Source of the DNA: Takakia lepidozioides
Lineage: Eukaryota > Plantae > Bryophyta
Direction of reading: 5' to 3'
NCBI GenBank assembly: GCA_030704615.1
Contig: CM060734.1
Coordinates: forward strand, 33,604,001-33,668,000
DNA: 64,000 bases
Made by a program: the position numbers and the translations under genes. Within the stretch, counting starts at the first letter, position 1, and each line of letters opens with the position of its first letter. The notes below the pieces were generated by a model. It was not told the DNA's origin, did no database searches, and saw only the letters and a list, made by a program, of their open reading frames with translations. Positions 25,020-38,400 of this stretch are shown here, one piece after another.

Positions 25020-28000
25020 CACCATACGTCCCTCCACATTTATGCACGTAAGATCAAAGACCAGCTCGGAATGCACCAGATCCGTGAGAGAAACAGGTTC
25101 ATCATGCGCGTGGACATTGAACCCCTGTGAAAGAAGGAGAGCACATCACCCACGTAAAAGCTCATAGATCAAGTATGGACCGTCGATCTTAAGCTTAGAT
25201 TTGCTTGCATGCTTACCCTGCTGCAGCCGAATGCACACGGTCTGTCCCACTTGAAAAAGGTTAGAATACTTGACATACTTGTTAAAATTACGGGCTTGGG
25301 TGAGCTGAGCCTTACCAATGTTCGTCTTGGCATCATGGATGGACATCGCATGCCAAGCATGAAGATCCTCAACAAAGGTCTCAAGATCAACCGGCTCAGC
25401 TACAGTAGAAATAAGAGGGGTAGAATGCAAATGAGAAACACACTTGCGACCATACAACAACTCAAAAGGAGTCTTCTTAGTGCTAGCATGCACGGCAGTG
25501 CGATAAGCAAAAGAGAATAGGGGGAAGAAAGGTATCCCACTCCCTGGTAAGTGCGCCATTCTTCTCCAACATGCGGCAAAAAGTTTGGTTGAAGCGTTCC
25601 GTAAGGCCATTGGTCTGGGGATGGTATGGGGCTGTGGTGGAATGCTTGACACCAAAATTGAAGCACACCACCGTGAGGAGCTGGTTACAAAACTCCTTGC
25701 CTTGATCCGTTGGTATCTCCTGAGGACACCCATGCCACATAAGGATCTCATTGAAGAAGAACTGAGCTACAACATCACTAGGTACGCAAAGGCCAGACTT
25801 CTACTCACTTAGTCAAGTAGTCGATAGCTACACAAAGATAGCTTCGACCTTTTGATGTGAGTGCGAGGGGTCCTACCAAATCAATGCCAACACGAGCAAA
25901 AGCATGTGTAACAGGCAAAGGCTGCAGCTCATACAAGATCCGGGCCCTAGGGAGAGCAATGTTAGCACGACAACCTTCACACTTAGAGGTGAACTCCGTA
26001 ACATCCCGGTGAATTCCCAGCCAATAGTAAAGCTCTTGGATGCGGGCCAGGGTTTTCTTGATACCAAAGTGACCTGCATACAAGAAACAATGAAAACGCT
26101 CCAATAAAGCATTCAGCTGGCTCCGTGGTGACACCTCCAAATAGCATGACACTCCCCCTCTAGTGAGCTCCTTGAAAAACTTATCACCCATGAAACGGTG
26201 AGTAGACACATGACAAAGAATTTGCTTGCGCAAGGACTCGGAAAGGCCAGCTGGCGAACGCCCTGATTGGCATCGCTGGAGTAGTGCAGTATGTAGCTGA
26301 TCATCCATGACTGCACTGCATATAAGAGGTAGACAATGGGCTTTAAAGAAGGTGGTCTGGAGTGCCTGCACCTATGATCTCCAGCCAGGGATATCTTCAC
26401 CTCATTTATTACTACTCATGGACAGCCAAATCAGGCCTTGAAGTTCAAGCCAATAATCACACCGGAGTGCAGTAGCTGAATCACAATAAACTCGGGGACC
26501 TAGGAAAGAGAAGAGCTGGAACACAACGAGGAACTTCCACCAAACCATCCAAATTCTCTCTAAGCGATAAATCCACCACACATGCTAACACATGAATAAA
26601 TCAACCAGGATCATCAAGAAGGCTAGACCAGCCCCAAGCAGCCAATATGCCATCCGAATCCAAGGTCAAGGTGTGCTGATCTGCACAAATGAGGTTGAGA
26701 AGCGGAGCTGGATCAGGAGGAGGGGTTGCATCAGCAGCAACAAGGTCATCCAAGGTGAGCATAGGTCTGCTGACAAGAGGATCAACCCGCGTGAGTGCAT
26801 CAGCATTTGTGTTTTCCTTTCCTTTCTTATAGACAATATCCATGTTAAATTCCTGTAGGAACATAGCCCATTTAGCAAGTCTGCCATGAAGTTCCCTGGG
26901 CTTGACAAGAGCCTTGAGTGGAAGGTGATCAGTCTCCACCACAAACCTACTGCCATGTAAATATTGCCTAAAATGCTTCACACCGAAGACCAGGGCCAGA
27001 CCTTCCTTATCAGATATGGAATAATTCCTTTCATGACGATCTAGGCGGCGAGATGCATAAGCTATCACATGCTCTTTACCTTTTACAACTTGACATAAGA
27101 TTGCAGAAATAGCAACATCGGATGCATCAGTCTGAAGCAGAAAATGTAATTCAAAGTTGGGAAACATCAGGATAGAAACTGAACATAAGGCCTTGCGAAG
27201 AGTGTCAAAGGCTGCTTGCTGGGAGAAGCTCCATTCAAACCTGACATCCTTGCACAATACCTTGGTCAGAGGGTGAGCAAGTTGTGCAAAGTTCTTATTG
27301 AAGCACATGTAATAGGAGGCCAGACCAAGGAAGGATTTGATGCAGTGTTTGTCCCTTGGAATAGGAAAGCCCCAAACAGACTCAAGCTTGGCAGGATCAG
27401 GAAGCAAACCATCCTTGGACAGAATATGCCCAAGAAAGTGTAACTCAGCATAAACAGCTCACACTTTTAGGGCTTTACCTTGAGTCCTGCAGTTCGTAAT
27501 TTGCTGAAAACACGCTGCAGATTAGTCAAGTATGCATCAAAGTTGGCTGAGTATACATTGATATCATCAACATAAATTAGGCACATTCCCAGCGATTATC
27601 ACCTAAGACAATGTCCATGAGGCGTTGGAAAGTAGAGGTAGCATTGCATAAGCGAAAGGGCATGGTTTCATATGGGTACTTGCCCATGCGACACACAAAG
27701 GAAGTTTTTTCCTTGGCTGCTTCAGTGATAGGAACTTGCCAAAAACCAGATGCAAGATCAAGAGAGGAGAAAATGGTAGCACCATGCAATTGATCTAAGG
27801 TTTCATTGATCCTGGGTAGAGGGTAGATATCCTTCTTGGTGATGTCATTCAGTTTCTTGAAGTCAACACAAAAGCGAGTAGTGCCATCTTTCTTATCAAC
27901 CAGGACAATGGGACTAGCCCATGGAGAGATTGATGGCTTAATTACAGCAGCATCTAGCATTTTCTAGACTTCTTCCTGGACTATGGTACGTTCTTTAATA

Positions 28001-31000
28001 CTTTCTCGGTACGCTAATTGTTTAATAGGAGGTCCCTCAGTGACAATGTCATGTTGAAGGATGGGAGTACGCCCCAGATCAATAGATCCCAAGCTGAAAA
28101 TATCGAGATTTTTTGCAACAAGCATTTCTACTCTTTTCTTTTGGCCAGGGGAGAGGGTACTCCCTAATGTAAGTTCAGACAACACTTTGGTAAGTGCCTT
28201 CTTACCTTCAGGACTGAGATCAGGGTTAGGTGGTGGTGCTAGGGCAGCAAAGGCAACAACAGCATCCACAGGGCCGTGTTGAATGCCAATGGCCTCCAGC
28301 CCAAAGCCAACTTGCACTTCTTGTATTTCAGCAATGGGCAAGGCAATAATACAAGCCAGGACCTGCCCCTTCTTAATATTCACAGGAAAGCGCTCAAGAT
28401 TAGCAATTAACACTTTGACCTCCTGCCTATATCCTCTATCTATAACACTAGTAGCCACCAAGCAATGCTTGAGAGCAGTGAGTCTTTGCCAACCTTCTAC
28501 TTCCAGGAAATGAGCAGTTGGGCATAAAAAGGCCAAACTAGATTTGATCACTTTCTGGGTCATAGCAGGGATGGTGACGTTCATGGGTGCACAAATCACA
28601 GTAGAATTTTTTGGGATAGCTATAGGCACCCCTGTTCTACCATCAGCACTAGGAACATGGCATTGATAGAGGAGTTGCAGATCAGGCTGAAATTTGTAAA
28701 AATCATTCCAATTGAGGCTGGAATGAGAGTTATGTTGTACCTCTTTCACCATTGCCTGAACTCTGGATAGATTGGCTGTGGCAGATCCAGCTCTAAGTTT
28801 CACTGCCTTCAATGGAACAACGACCTCATGGCCCTCTCCATTGTCAAATCAGAGGGAGTAATCGGCCAGACTGATGGTTGCACCAGCTCCAGTCATCCAA
28901 TCAAGGCCTATCAAGAATTGATTGCCTATAGTGACAATACATGTAACCACGACCTCCTTCTTGTGAATCCTGATAGGCACAGTGACCAAACCTAGAGGCT
29001 CATATCTGGACCCATCCGCAATTAGTACTTCAATACCAGAGGCAGGGTATAACTTAAGACTAAGAACTCTATTTAGAGGTATAGCAGATATGGTGTACCC
29101 CGTGTCTATTACACAAGGGAAACTTAACTCATGAATATGGCATTGGGCCATAAGAGGGCTGATCTGCTGTCCTGAGGTCTGCATGCTTAGAGGACAATGC
29201 AAAGCTTTGAAATTAGTAGACAACACAGCTTGCAAGGGAATGAGAGAGGTAGGGTTGGTAACTGGTGGACCTCTTGCCTCCTTCCCAAGAAGTCTATCTA
29301 GTTTAAAGGAGGGTTGGGACCACTAGCAGCCTTTTTGTTTTTAAGCAGCTCTAGTAAGCTTGCTCTATCAGGGCAATGCTTGGTCCAATGTTCAAAAGAC
29401 CCACATATGTAACATGCGGCACAGTTGCCTTCATAGGCCTGACCAGTTTGGGTACGACCTCTGTTGCTACCACCCGTCTGTGCTTGTGGCTGTCTAGGCT
29501 GCTAACGTTGCTGATGACTTGCATGGTAGCGAACTAAGTGACATCTGACTCACTTAAACTACCCACTGTGTTGGCCAGCCCTTGAAGAGTGGAATTATCT
29601 GGCTTGCATTGCGTAGCAGGCGGGACATAAGGTGAAGATGTTGCAACCATACCAAGCTCGGAGCCTACTGGAGCTTGAAACTTGGCATGAGTTTGCATTG
29701 ATTTGCTGTCAGCTAAGTCTGCCATCTTAAGATTAATTTCAGCTAGCATAGTCTTATTATTGACAAAATGACGACGTTGGGCCCAATTTTGAATAACATG
29801 GGGCAAGCCAAGGAGAAAGTAGGTCTTCACCATACGATCACGTTCTGCTAGATCAATGATATTTTCTGCAGCAGCAAATTTTAGATCCTTGTAATACTTC
29901 CACAAAGACTCTCCTGGCTGGTAAGTCCTGGAGCTCAATTTGGTGAAGCAGTCCAAGGGTCTTTCAGGAGGCTTGAACAGGGTTTTAGCCCATTCCACAA
30001 GGGATGCCCAAGTGAGATGGGGGTCATCCATGACAGCTGCATGCAACAAGTCACGGGCTGGTCCCTTCATGCTCATTCTAAAAATTGCCATTTTAAAATT
30101 TTCAGGCACACCATTCACATTAGCAATCACTTCAAACATTTGGAGATATCTATCAAAGCCTTCTCCCATTGTGTATTCTGGATAGGGCTGGGTAGTGTGC
30201 TGAGGAAGCAAATGACAGGGCAGACTATGATTCATGTGACCAGGCTGAGCAGATCCATGGGCCGGGCAGTAGTGAGCCACAGCCCGAGTCTGATTAGTGG
30301 TTTTATTCATAGCATGGACCCCACTAGTAACCGAGACATAGTTGTTACTCATGACATTAGAGGGACCTTGATATAACAAAGATGGCAGGCTAGGCGGAAA
30401 TGTTGTCACGCCCATCGGGGGTGCATGAAATACAGGCCTTGACTGAACAACTTGACTGATCATGGCTGCTTGGTTTGGGAGCCACTCCACTCTAGGCTAA
30501 TTGACCTCCTACACTAGAGCTAGAACAAGCAGCATTCATGCCAACAGACAATCCAGAAGTCACGGACACACCAATTCTTCCCCCAAGAGCGGGATTAGGA
30601 ACATGCATCATAGAAACAGGCAAACCAGCAGCAGTTCCTATGTTAACACAAGCACTTGGTGGGGCTGGCATACCGCTCACATTAGCCCTTCCCACTGGGA
30701 CTTACATATTTGCATTGCATACACCACTAGCAATCGGGTCTAAAGAAGGGGGATGGATGACATGCCTAGAAATCCCACCCAAAGAATTGGCTCCTGTAAG
30801 TTGAGACAGGCCAGGCTTCATGGCCATATGTCGAGTAGAGGCTAGCTGATCCGCAGCTATGGACAGGGCCTAGTTAGTGGCAAAATTACCAATACCATCT
30901 ATATTTGGCACTACAGGCCCATTGCCAGGCAACATAGTGACCCCTGGAACTTCAAATTGCACTATCTTTGTGAGACCAGCGGGCGTTACCTGAACATCAT

Positions 31001-31300
31001 CTAATTCTTGGGAAACAATACCATCCTCGCAAGATAAATCAGTATAGAGACTAGCATCTGGTAGAGGCGATCCCTCATCTAGACTTACCACCCCATGTTG
31101 CATTCGCGGATTGTTACTCAAATTACCTGTAGGTGATGGAAGACCCGTCTCTCTGACTTCGACAGGGGCTGATTCCGTTGTGGCCAGATCGGGAACATCC
31201 ATCGCAATACGTTGTCGCCCAGACCTCAGCGAAGTACTAACAGTGTTTCCTACCATACAACAGGAAGCAACGAGCCCAAACACGAACAAGAAAATGTTGT
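25020..31300 (-). mobile_element. Non-chromo Ty3/gypsy retrotransposon: long gag, CCHC knuckle, protease, dUTPase-like domain, RT, RNase H, integrase; degenerate
   Basis: Gag 29534-31289; CYICGSFEHWTKHC (~29372-29415); protease VIDTGYTIS; RT SPWASPIVLV.KKDG..RFCVDF, LDLASGFWQV, YVDDINVYS; RNase H LQTDASD..NADALTR; integrase GHFGI..CEGC, GIDLVGPL, TDQGKEF, YHPQTNGLTERFN. Confidence 0.93.
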
Positions 31301-31492
31301 TTTGATTAAACTATGCCAAGATATAGGAATAGTAGAGAGATAACGTGGAAGCAACATACCAACAAGAGTTCTGATTAAGCCAAAGTTGGTGAATAGGGAT
31401 GGGTAGCAATCCACTACAGCAGCCCACAACAGCTTGCTGCATTAATCAAACGCCTTACTGATGCTTCATCGTTACTATGGAGTATATCTTCA

Positions 31493-32396
31493 AAGCACAC
31501 TAATAGGACCCAAAAAGGATGTCACAAACTGTTTTCCAGCACATATGGCGCAATCTATCCAAATTTAGGATATCGAATTCAGTATGAAACCACAGACACA
31601 TTATATCATTGGAAAGCCCTTGAGGTTCTTGTCATGCCCATATAAATTGTTTTGTGATTTGACAAGTTTAAGGGGTCCTAAAGGAGTCTTGAATAGCACA
31701 AGGTTCAAATGTCCCAAAATATTGTAGTCCTTTAGGACTTATTTTCACACTCATAATATGTGAAGGTCCTATCAGGGATTTTTATGTGCTTATGTAAGGT
31801 ATGGAAGAATGCAAAAAGAACAGTAGACCTGCAAAACCAGAAAAACCCATTATCATAGGAATTTCTTACTACGCGGTACGCATTACTTAGGGCACCAAAC
31901 TTTGATACTACTAAACCTCAAAATTCGAACATAGTTCTTTCACCAAAAGTGTTTAGTTACTGAAAAGGAAGAAGGCCATGTCCTTGAAATGGCTACACGG
32001 TCCTCCAATTTTGAATTTGAGGCCAAAATGAGTTCTTACAAACAGTGTATCATTCATTGCAAATTGTTATAAAATTAAAAATATATCAAATAAACTCCTA
32101 AAAATTATACGAGCATCTGCAGCACTGAAGTAGGCATCAAACACACTAAACCCGGCTTGGATGCGATGAGGGGAGAACAAATGGTGACAAACAGAAGTCG
32201 AGTTAGTATCGTAAACTCAAAATTAGCGGTGTACGAGCAAAGTTGGAGGTGTACAAGAGGGTGTACGAACATCTGATGGATGGGGTCGAGGTGCCCACTA
32301 TCATCTGTAAATTTCATCACAACATGTCATGTCAACGCGCCAGCAGTCAAAATTTAGTCATTTTCAGGAGTGTCAGTGGTACACATTAGCATGCTT
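31493..32396 (-). mobile_element. Non-autonomous ~0.9-kb TIR DNA transposon, copy 2
   Basis: Inverted copy of 3512-4429, flanked by TCA (31490-31492, 32397-32399). Termini AAGCACACTAAT...ATTAGCATGCTT. Confidence 0.8.
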
Positions 32397-33575
32397 TCAC
32401 AAGAGACATTTTTGCTGGCTTTTATAATGTCCAATGTTCATATGTTGCACTACAATGAAGACTTTCTTGATATGTGCATAATACCATTTTAATCTAATTA
32501 CAACATGATTAAAGGATGATACCCTGCTGAAAGGTCTCGCGTTAGTCAGCATTTGAGGACTTTGTCAAATGATTCTCTATCATGTTAATTATTTAAGCAG
32601 TCAACATCAGATTGAAGCAAGAATCTGCATGTTACAAATGACCCACAAGATGATGGTTTGCCCAGGTGCTGAATAATGTTTTTGGATGGATTGCAGTGTC
32701 CATGAAAGCCGGTATAAAGCCCCACCGACAATGCCAATAAGATTACATCCCGCCCTGGGGTCCACTCCCCCAATCTGTACCAGCCACGTGCATGCACAAA
32801 GGGGGATTAAAAACCCCCCATATACATATTATACATACATGAAGGGATTTTCCAATAACTTGACTGCCTAGTGTAGTAATAAGGACTAGGCTTGATATCC
32901 GACAAGTTGTGGGATCAATCTCTGGTCGGCATTAATTTTTCATAAAATACATATATAAATACTGTAGGACATTTGTAACAAGATTAAATGGGTGGTACAT
33001 TGATAAGGATTATGGTTCTTAAGTGATGGGGTTGCAGGCTCCCTCTCCAATCAACAAATTCTTTCGTAAAATTAAATCCCCTCATGGGCCATCGCCATCC
33101 AACTTTGCGTTTTTGCCCGCGTCATCCTCTTCCCTGCCCTACTATAATTAAAATGTACGTGTATAAGGGTTTTAAGAAAAAAAAAATTAACAGGGTTTTT
33201 TTAATAGTTTAGAATATTTGTATACATTCAAAAAGGGTCACTTTATTATATATATGATCTTATATATTTACATTATGGTATTTTATAACTTTGAAAAAAA
33301 TAGTTACATGCATTAAAATCATGAAAAAACGGAAGTACATTCGTTCGTAAAGAACTGGACCACATTTCCCTGTTGGTATATTTAGGGGGCGCCTATTTAG
33401 CGGATTTCCCGCCTGTCAGGTGCAGTGAATTCTCTCGAAATGGAATGCACAGGTAGATTATGCGCCCCCTTAATGCACTGTTGCTCATCTTTTACTCTCA
33501 GGAAAAGAAATGTGGCCAGTTCTTTACGCTGGGGAGGGTCTCTCTTGTCTGGCCCTCCACTGGAGGCCCTTCCCT

Positions 33576-33766
33576 CAAAAAAAAGAAAAAGAAAAAGAAG
33601 TACGACGCCTCCCCAAGGGAGCGTAACTTATGGTATCACTTCACCACAAGGGTTATTGCCTTCCAGCTGAAAGGTGGACACTGGACACCTTCATGACACA
33701 CCAGACCGTGGTTTGAACCCACAACCACGTCCAACGTGGTATGTGCCCATTACCACCAGGCTACAT
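33576..33766 (-). mobile_element. SINE family B (tRNA-derived)
   Basis: Minus strand: TAGCCTGGTGGT A box, GGTTCAAACC B box, body nearly identical to 49606-49735, T-rich tail. Confidence 0.75.
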
Positions 33767-35426
33767 ACAAGTTGTACATAACTTAAGCGTACAACTTGTA
33801 TGCTCTCGTCTATGATATGATATGGGATATACAAATGCAGCATGTTCAAGGCACATTCATCCGCATTCAAACACCTTTCTGAGGCTGAACGGCCTTGCGG
33901 CCTCCACCACCGCCATGCCGTGACCTTCCACAATCACCAAGGTAAAAATTTCTTGTGTGGAGAACCTGTACAGCGGGATGAATTCTACAGCCTGACTTTT
34001 CGCAGCCCAATCGAGCAACTCTCCTTATGCTGCAGGAATTTTTTAGACCCACCAATCTTCTGGAATATGGAAAGAGTTGCAGGGGAGGAGTTTAGTGGGG
34101 AGGGTTGCCTCACAAGGCATTGGGTTCCATTGCATTACTTGCAATAGATCGCCTCTCAAGGGATTAAAGCAAACCCGTTCATTCGGTGAAGGAAAAACTG
34201 GACAAAGCAGAAGAACATGTAACGATCAACAAGCCTAGAACTACTGTAGCACCCGAAAGCGAGGGTAGGTTTCATAGCCAGTGTCAATTTTTCTTGGTAG
34301 GGAACTGCGAATCCTTCAATCTGAACTTCCATCTACTTTCGCTTCTGTAATTCCACGACTGCTTCAAAACCGAAAGAAGCCGAGTGACTGCTGCACCTTG
34401 TTCAAACATGAGGCGGGTGACTGCCCTCTCCAGAGTCTTTGGGTGCACGGGATTGCCAGCTCCGTCCAGTGGACCTGTGATTCAACTCCCTTTTCCGTCT
34501 CCATCGTGCATTGAATGCTTGAGCACCTCCGTCACCGCCAACTGCAGCTATTCGGATGTCGTGGACACCTCTAGGAGTCCTTGGCTGCACGAATGTAAGC
34601 ATTGCTATTGGGTTGCATTTGTTCATCATTTATGTGTATGTACCTGCAGCTCGCCGCCCTGCATACCTCCAACCCACTGGTCCCAAAAGTCTGAAGGTTT
34701 TTCTGGTGACTCTCTGATCTGAAGTGTAATCAAGTATAATTTTTCCAGGTTGCATTTCTTGTCGTTTCCTCTCTGCAGTTTACTAATTGTTTCCGACAAT
34801 CAATTCGAAGAAGGGTTTCCATCAAGGGGATGAGTTGCTTTGTGTTGGGCAGCCCGATGGGTCCACAAGTAGGGGAAAATCATTTGGAACTCTCTGATTT
34901 CTCTCTGCCCTCTCCCACATGCAGGCCCCATTCCGTTGTTATGTGGTCCGTTTAAACTTTTTGCAGGGGGCGAGGACGAGATTTTGGGTGGTTAGGTTGA
35001 GGACTTGGGGGGCATGATTAAGCACTCACTCACATTAGGCAATCATTATGTGTGAGGACGGCAGACCGTGCTATCCGTTTGTTAAATTACCACCTTAATC
35101 CTGACTCACAGAATCCTAGGTTGAGATGGCTGCAACAAGGCCCTGGGCAGTTTCTTCTAACTGAAAGTTTTTGACTATTCCATGTAGATTGGAAGGGATG
35201 TTACTGCATTCCAAAACTCTATTGGGATTCACAACCTAGGAGATGATGAATCTTCCCCTTTCTGCTTACCGTTCTCTAGCAGCAATTGGAACATGCATGC
35301 GTACTCATGTTTGTTTGCTCTTTTTCCACATGGGGAGATACTTATAAAAGTTTGAAAGTAAATGTCTTGCCAGGTGTTTTCTGCTGCTGTTTTTAAGCAT
35401 GATAATTGGACTTTTTTTTGCTTCAG

Positions 35427-38400
35427 GGGTGCGCTTTCTGCACCAGACTCTCTATGCACATGGATTTGTTGAAGGTAGGCTGGAAGGGATTACTTTGAGT
35501 TCTACATCAGCGGCAAGCAAGGAATGGAGATCAGCAATGGCAACGGCCGCAGGTTTGAGTTTGCTGGTTGGTGCAGCTGCTCTTCGTGAACCAGCTTTCA
35601 ATGACAGTAGTGTGGTGAGTACATCTCTTCGAGAATTTGTAAGGTAGTGTGTATTTATAGGTGGAAGTATTTATTACGCGTAGGATTTGTCCCTCACCTT
35701 CATCATGCTTGCAATAGTCCCCATTCAGCTTTCCTCACGTCTCCGCTTCCCCTCTTGCCCTCTTCCCCCTGTTCCTTCTCCTACAGGTGGGGCCTGGCAA
35801 GCAAGTCTAATAAAAAAAGAAATGTGTGTAAGTAGAGTGACAGCACGCTCCCAGGCAAAGCAGAGGAGTTTCCTCCGTCAGCTCTTAATGGCAGTGGGGT
35901 GGTAAGTGTTGATCATCCTTGAAAGGTTGTCAACTGGTAGACTCCTAGACTGGGCATGTGGTGAGCCGGTAAACTTTGTCTGCCAATGCTCTACAGTGTG
36001 AGGAAGTCATCAGTTACATCAGTCTGTATGGCACGCTCTCAAGGACATTAGAAAGCTTTTCCTCATAGACTGAATGCGATGTTGGTGTGTGACACTCAAC
36101 ATCTTGGTCAAACCGTTGTGTAGTGTGTTTTCCTGTGCAAGGCTTTACTATATTGCTGTCAAGAGACAAACAGGATCTATCCAGTCTTACTTGTGCATAG
36201 ATGGTGTAACATCTCATCAGGGTGGGACCTGAATAGCAAAGCTTGGTCAGCAGACATCTTCTACTTTACTGTGTGCAGAGTGACAGCATGCTCCCCAGCA
36301 AAGCAGATGCAGACCGAGACCCAGCATCAGAGAGCGGTGTGGATGCAGAGAAAGTGGTGGAGCAGGTGCGCAAAGGTGTCGATGAGCGACTGACCTCATT
36401 GAAGCTTCGTAATGCAATCCTCCCTCCTCTCACTATCGCTGCCAAAGGTCAGCAGGTACTTTCTCTCTCTTCGGTTTCTGATTAGTTACCAACTTCATGT
36501 GCCCTGTATTTAGTCTCTTGTCACTCACTGTTCAGTTACGTTTGCTAAGGCCTTCATAATTCTATTCATTCAAGCCCTTGTTACTTTTTACATAGCCCTG
36601 CCCCCACTACTTCTGTTACTCCTGGCTTTCATATCCACGCAATGAGTGGAAGAAGTTTCAGCAAATCTTAGTATGTGGACGGAAGGTTGTTCTTGTTCAA
36701 AACTGATTATTCCTGGGAAATCCAGTAGCGTACTCGGCAGTCTTTGCTTTCTATCGGAGGTGTTTATATGTTGGGGTGGGCCATGGAGGCAGGTTTCGGT
36801 CCGATTCCCAGTATCTCCAACATGTGATGTATCACATTTGATTGTCGATGTAGTATCGCGGCTTGGTGGACGGACAAATGATGGTGGAAGTGGTGGCAGT
36901 GAGATGGTTGTGAGAGCTTTGGACAGGTAGCATTCCCTGCTTTGATCATGCATTCATGTCTCCACATAAATTTTACCTTTCATTCATCTGCCCAACCTCT
37001 TGTCCAAGAATTTCTATATGTGAGAATGTCGAACTTTGCTGACTGTGCTTAATCCCTCGTGCTGGGAGCTGAGCCAAACGATCAGTTCTTGATGTTCCCA
37101 GACAAAGAATTGTCTTTTGAACAACAGTGGCGGGACTTGCACCTGTGCCCTCAATCATATGTAACAGTTTGAAATTAATTTGGCTGTGACTGTGCAGTCC
37201 TAGTCAGTGTAGAGAGGTTAAGTGGGGAACTTTCAGACTATAAAGATAGCAACAGACTTACTACACTGGTGATGACTGAATATGTGACCTTCGGTGGGGC
37301 TCATGGAGGGACAGAAGGCATTCCACCTCCATCCATGATAAACACAAATGGCATTGTCTATTGGCCAGAGATTACCTACATGTGCTCTATACCCAAATGG
37401 GGCTGGTTGATAAGTATGCATATCTCATGGATCATCATTACCCCTTGCCAAATCCATATACTGGATTCAAACCATCTTCTCCGTTCACCTTGAAAGAATT
37501 TCACTTCCTGCATCTCAGGCTTGTGAAGTGAGTTGGCCATATGGATTTACACTATTCATTTCTTTCATACTTTCTGGCAAAGCAGCGCTGTGGCACGGCA
37601 GCTGATAATTTTGCCCTCAGAGCAGCTGCCTGACAACACGAGGCTGCCAATGAATGATTGCTCGGAGCAGCTGGCTGGCAGGAGTAGTGACATCATTGCA
37701 GAGAGCAGCAAGCTGTGTGTGCTGGTCTTCGAGCCACTCATTGGGGATTACAAAGCCTCTGTAGGTTTCTTTCTCAGGTTTTCTGGATCTGTTTGATGCT
37801 ATTTCTATCCAATGATAAAGCATTTCTGCTTGCACTGTTGATTTACTTTCGCACTAACAAATAGTGTCCCCTACCCATGGCCCCTCTTCACCTGGGTTGC
37901 CTTTCAGCCGGTACCTTGCAGGTTGAGGGTACAGGGGCACTAGATTAAATTCTATGGCTTTTCGTCTCTTAGTTGAAGTCTGACAGGCAGTCCAGCATGT
38001 GAGATGCCCAGTCACATGGCTCCAGTGGTGTGTGCATCTCCCCTCTTACTTTCACATTAAATCTAACCGTTTTCCTGTTTCATGTACTTGATGGCTGTCT
38101 TATGGCTGACGGCAGTGATTTCTGAGGTATGGCTGTCAGTGTTTTGCTATTGTTAAACAGAACCAGCATTTGTGGGTTCCACTTCTGTTTTACAGGAAGT
38201 AGAGTTTCTCAAAAAAGGATACCTCACATCCAAAGAATTGGATGCAATTGTGAGCTCATTGAGCATTGCGGGTGGACTAGATCTGGGAATCAAGAAGCGG
38301 AAAACAGCCAGGCGTGGGACGAAGGAGGGAGGAAACAGTGATGGGTTGCCAGAAGAGTCAGGAGAAGGTTCAATAGAGGGTGGCAGTTTTGACAGGTGGC

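Noticed and set aside
24580-25020. 3' LTR of the second gypsy element (TGATG…CATCA beside a PPT-like tract)
   Set aside because: Plausible, but no homologous 5' LTR or clear PBS is seen near 31300-31490, so it was not called.
33840-34720. Several 60-110 aa ORFs upstream of the AAA gene
   Set aside because: No motifs; the region may contain the unlocated first exon or 5' UTR of the AAA gene, but this cannot be resolved from sequence alone.
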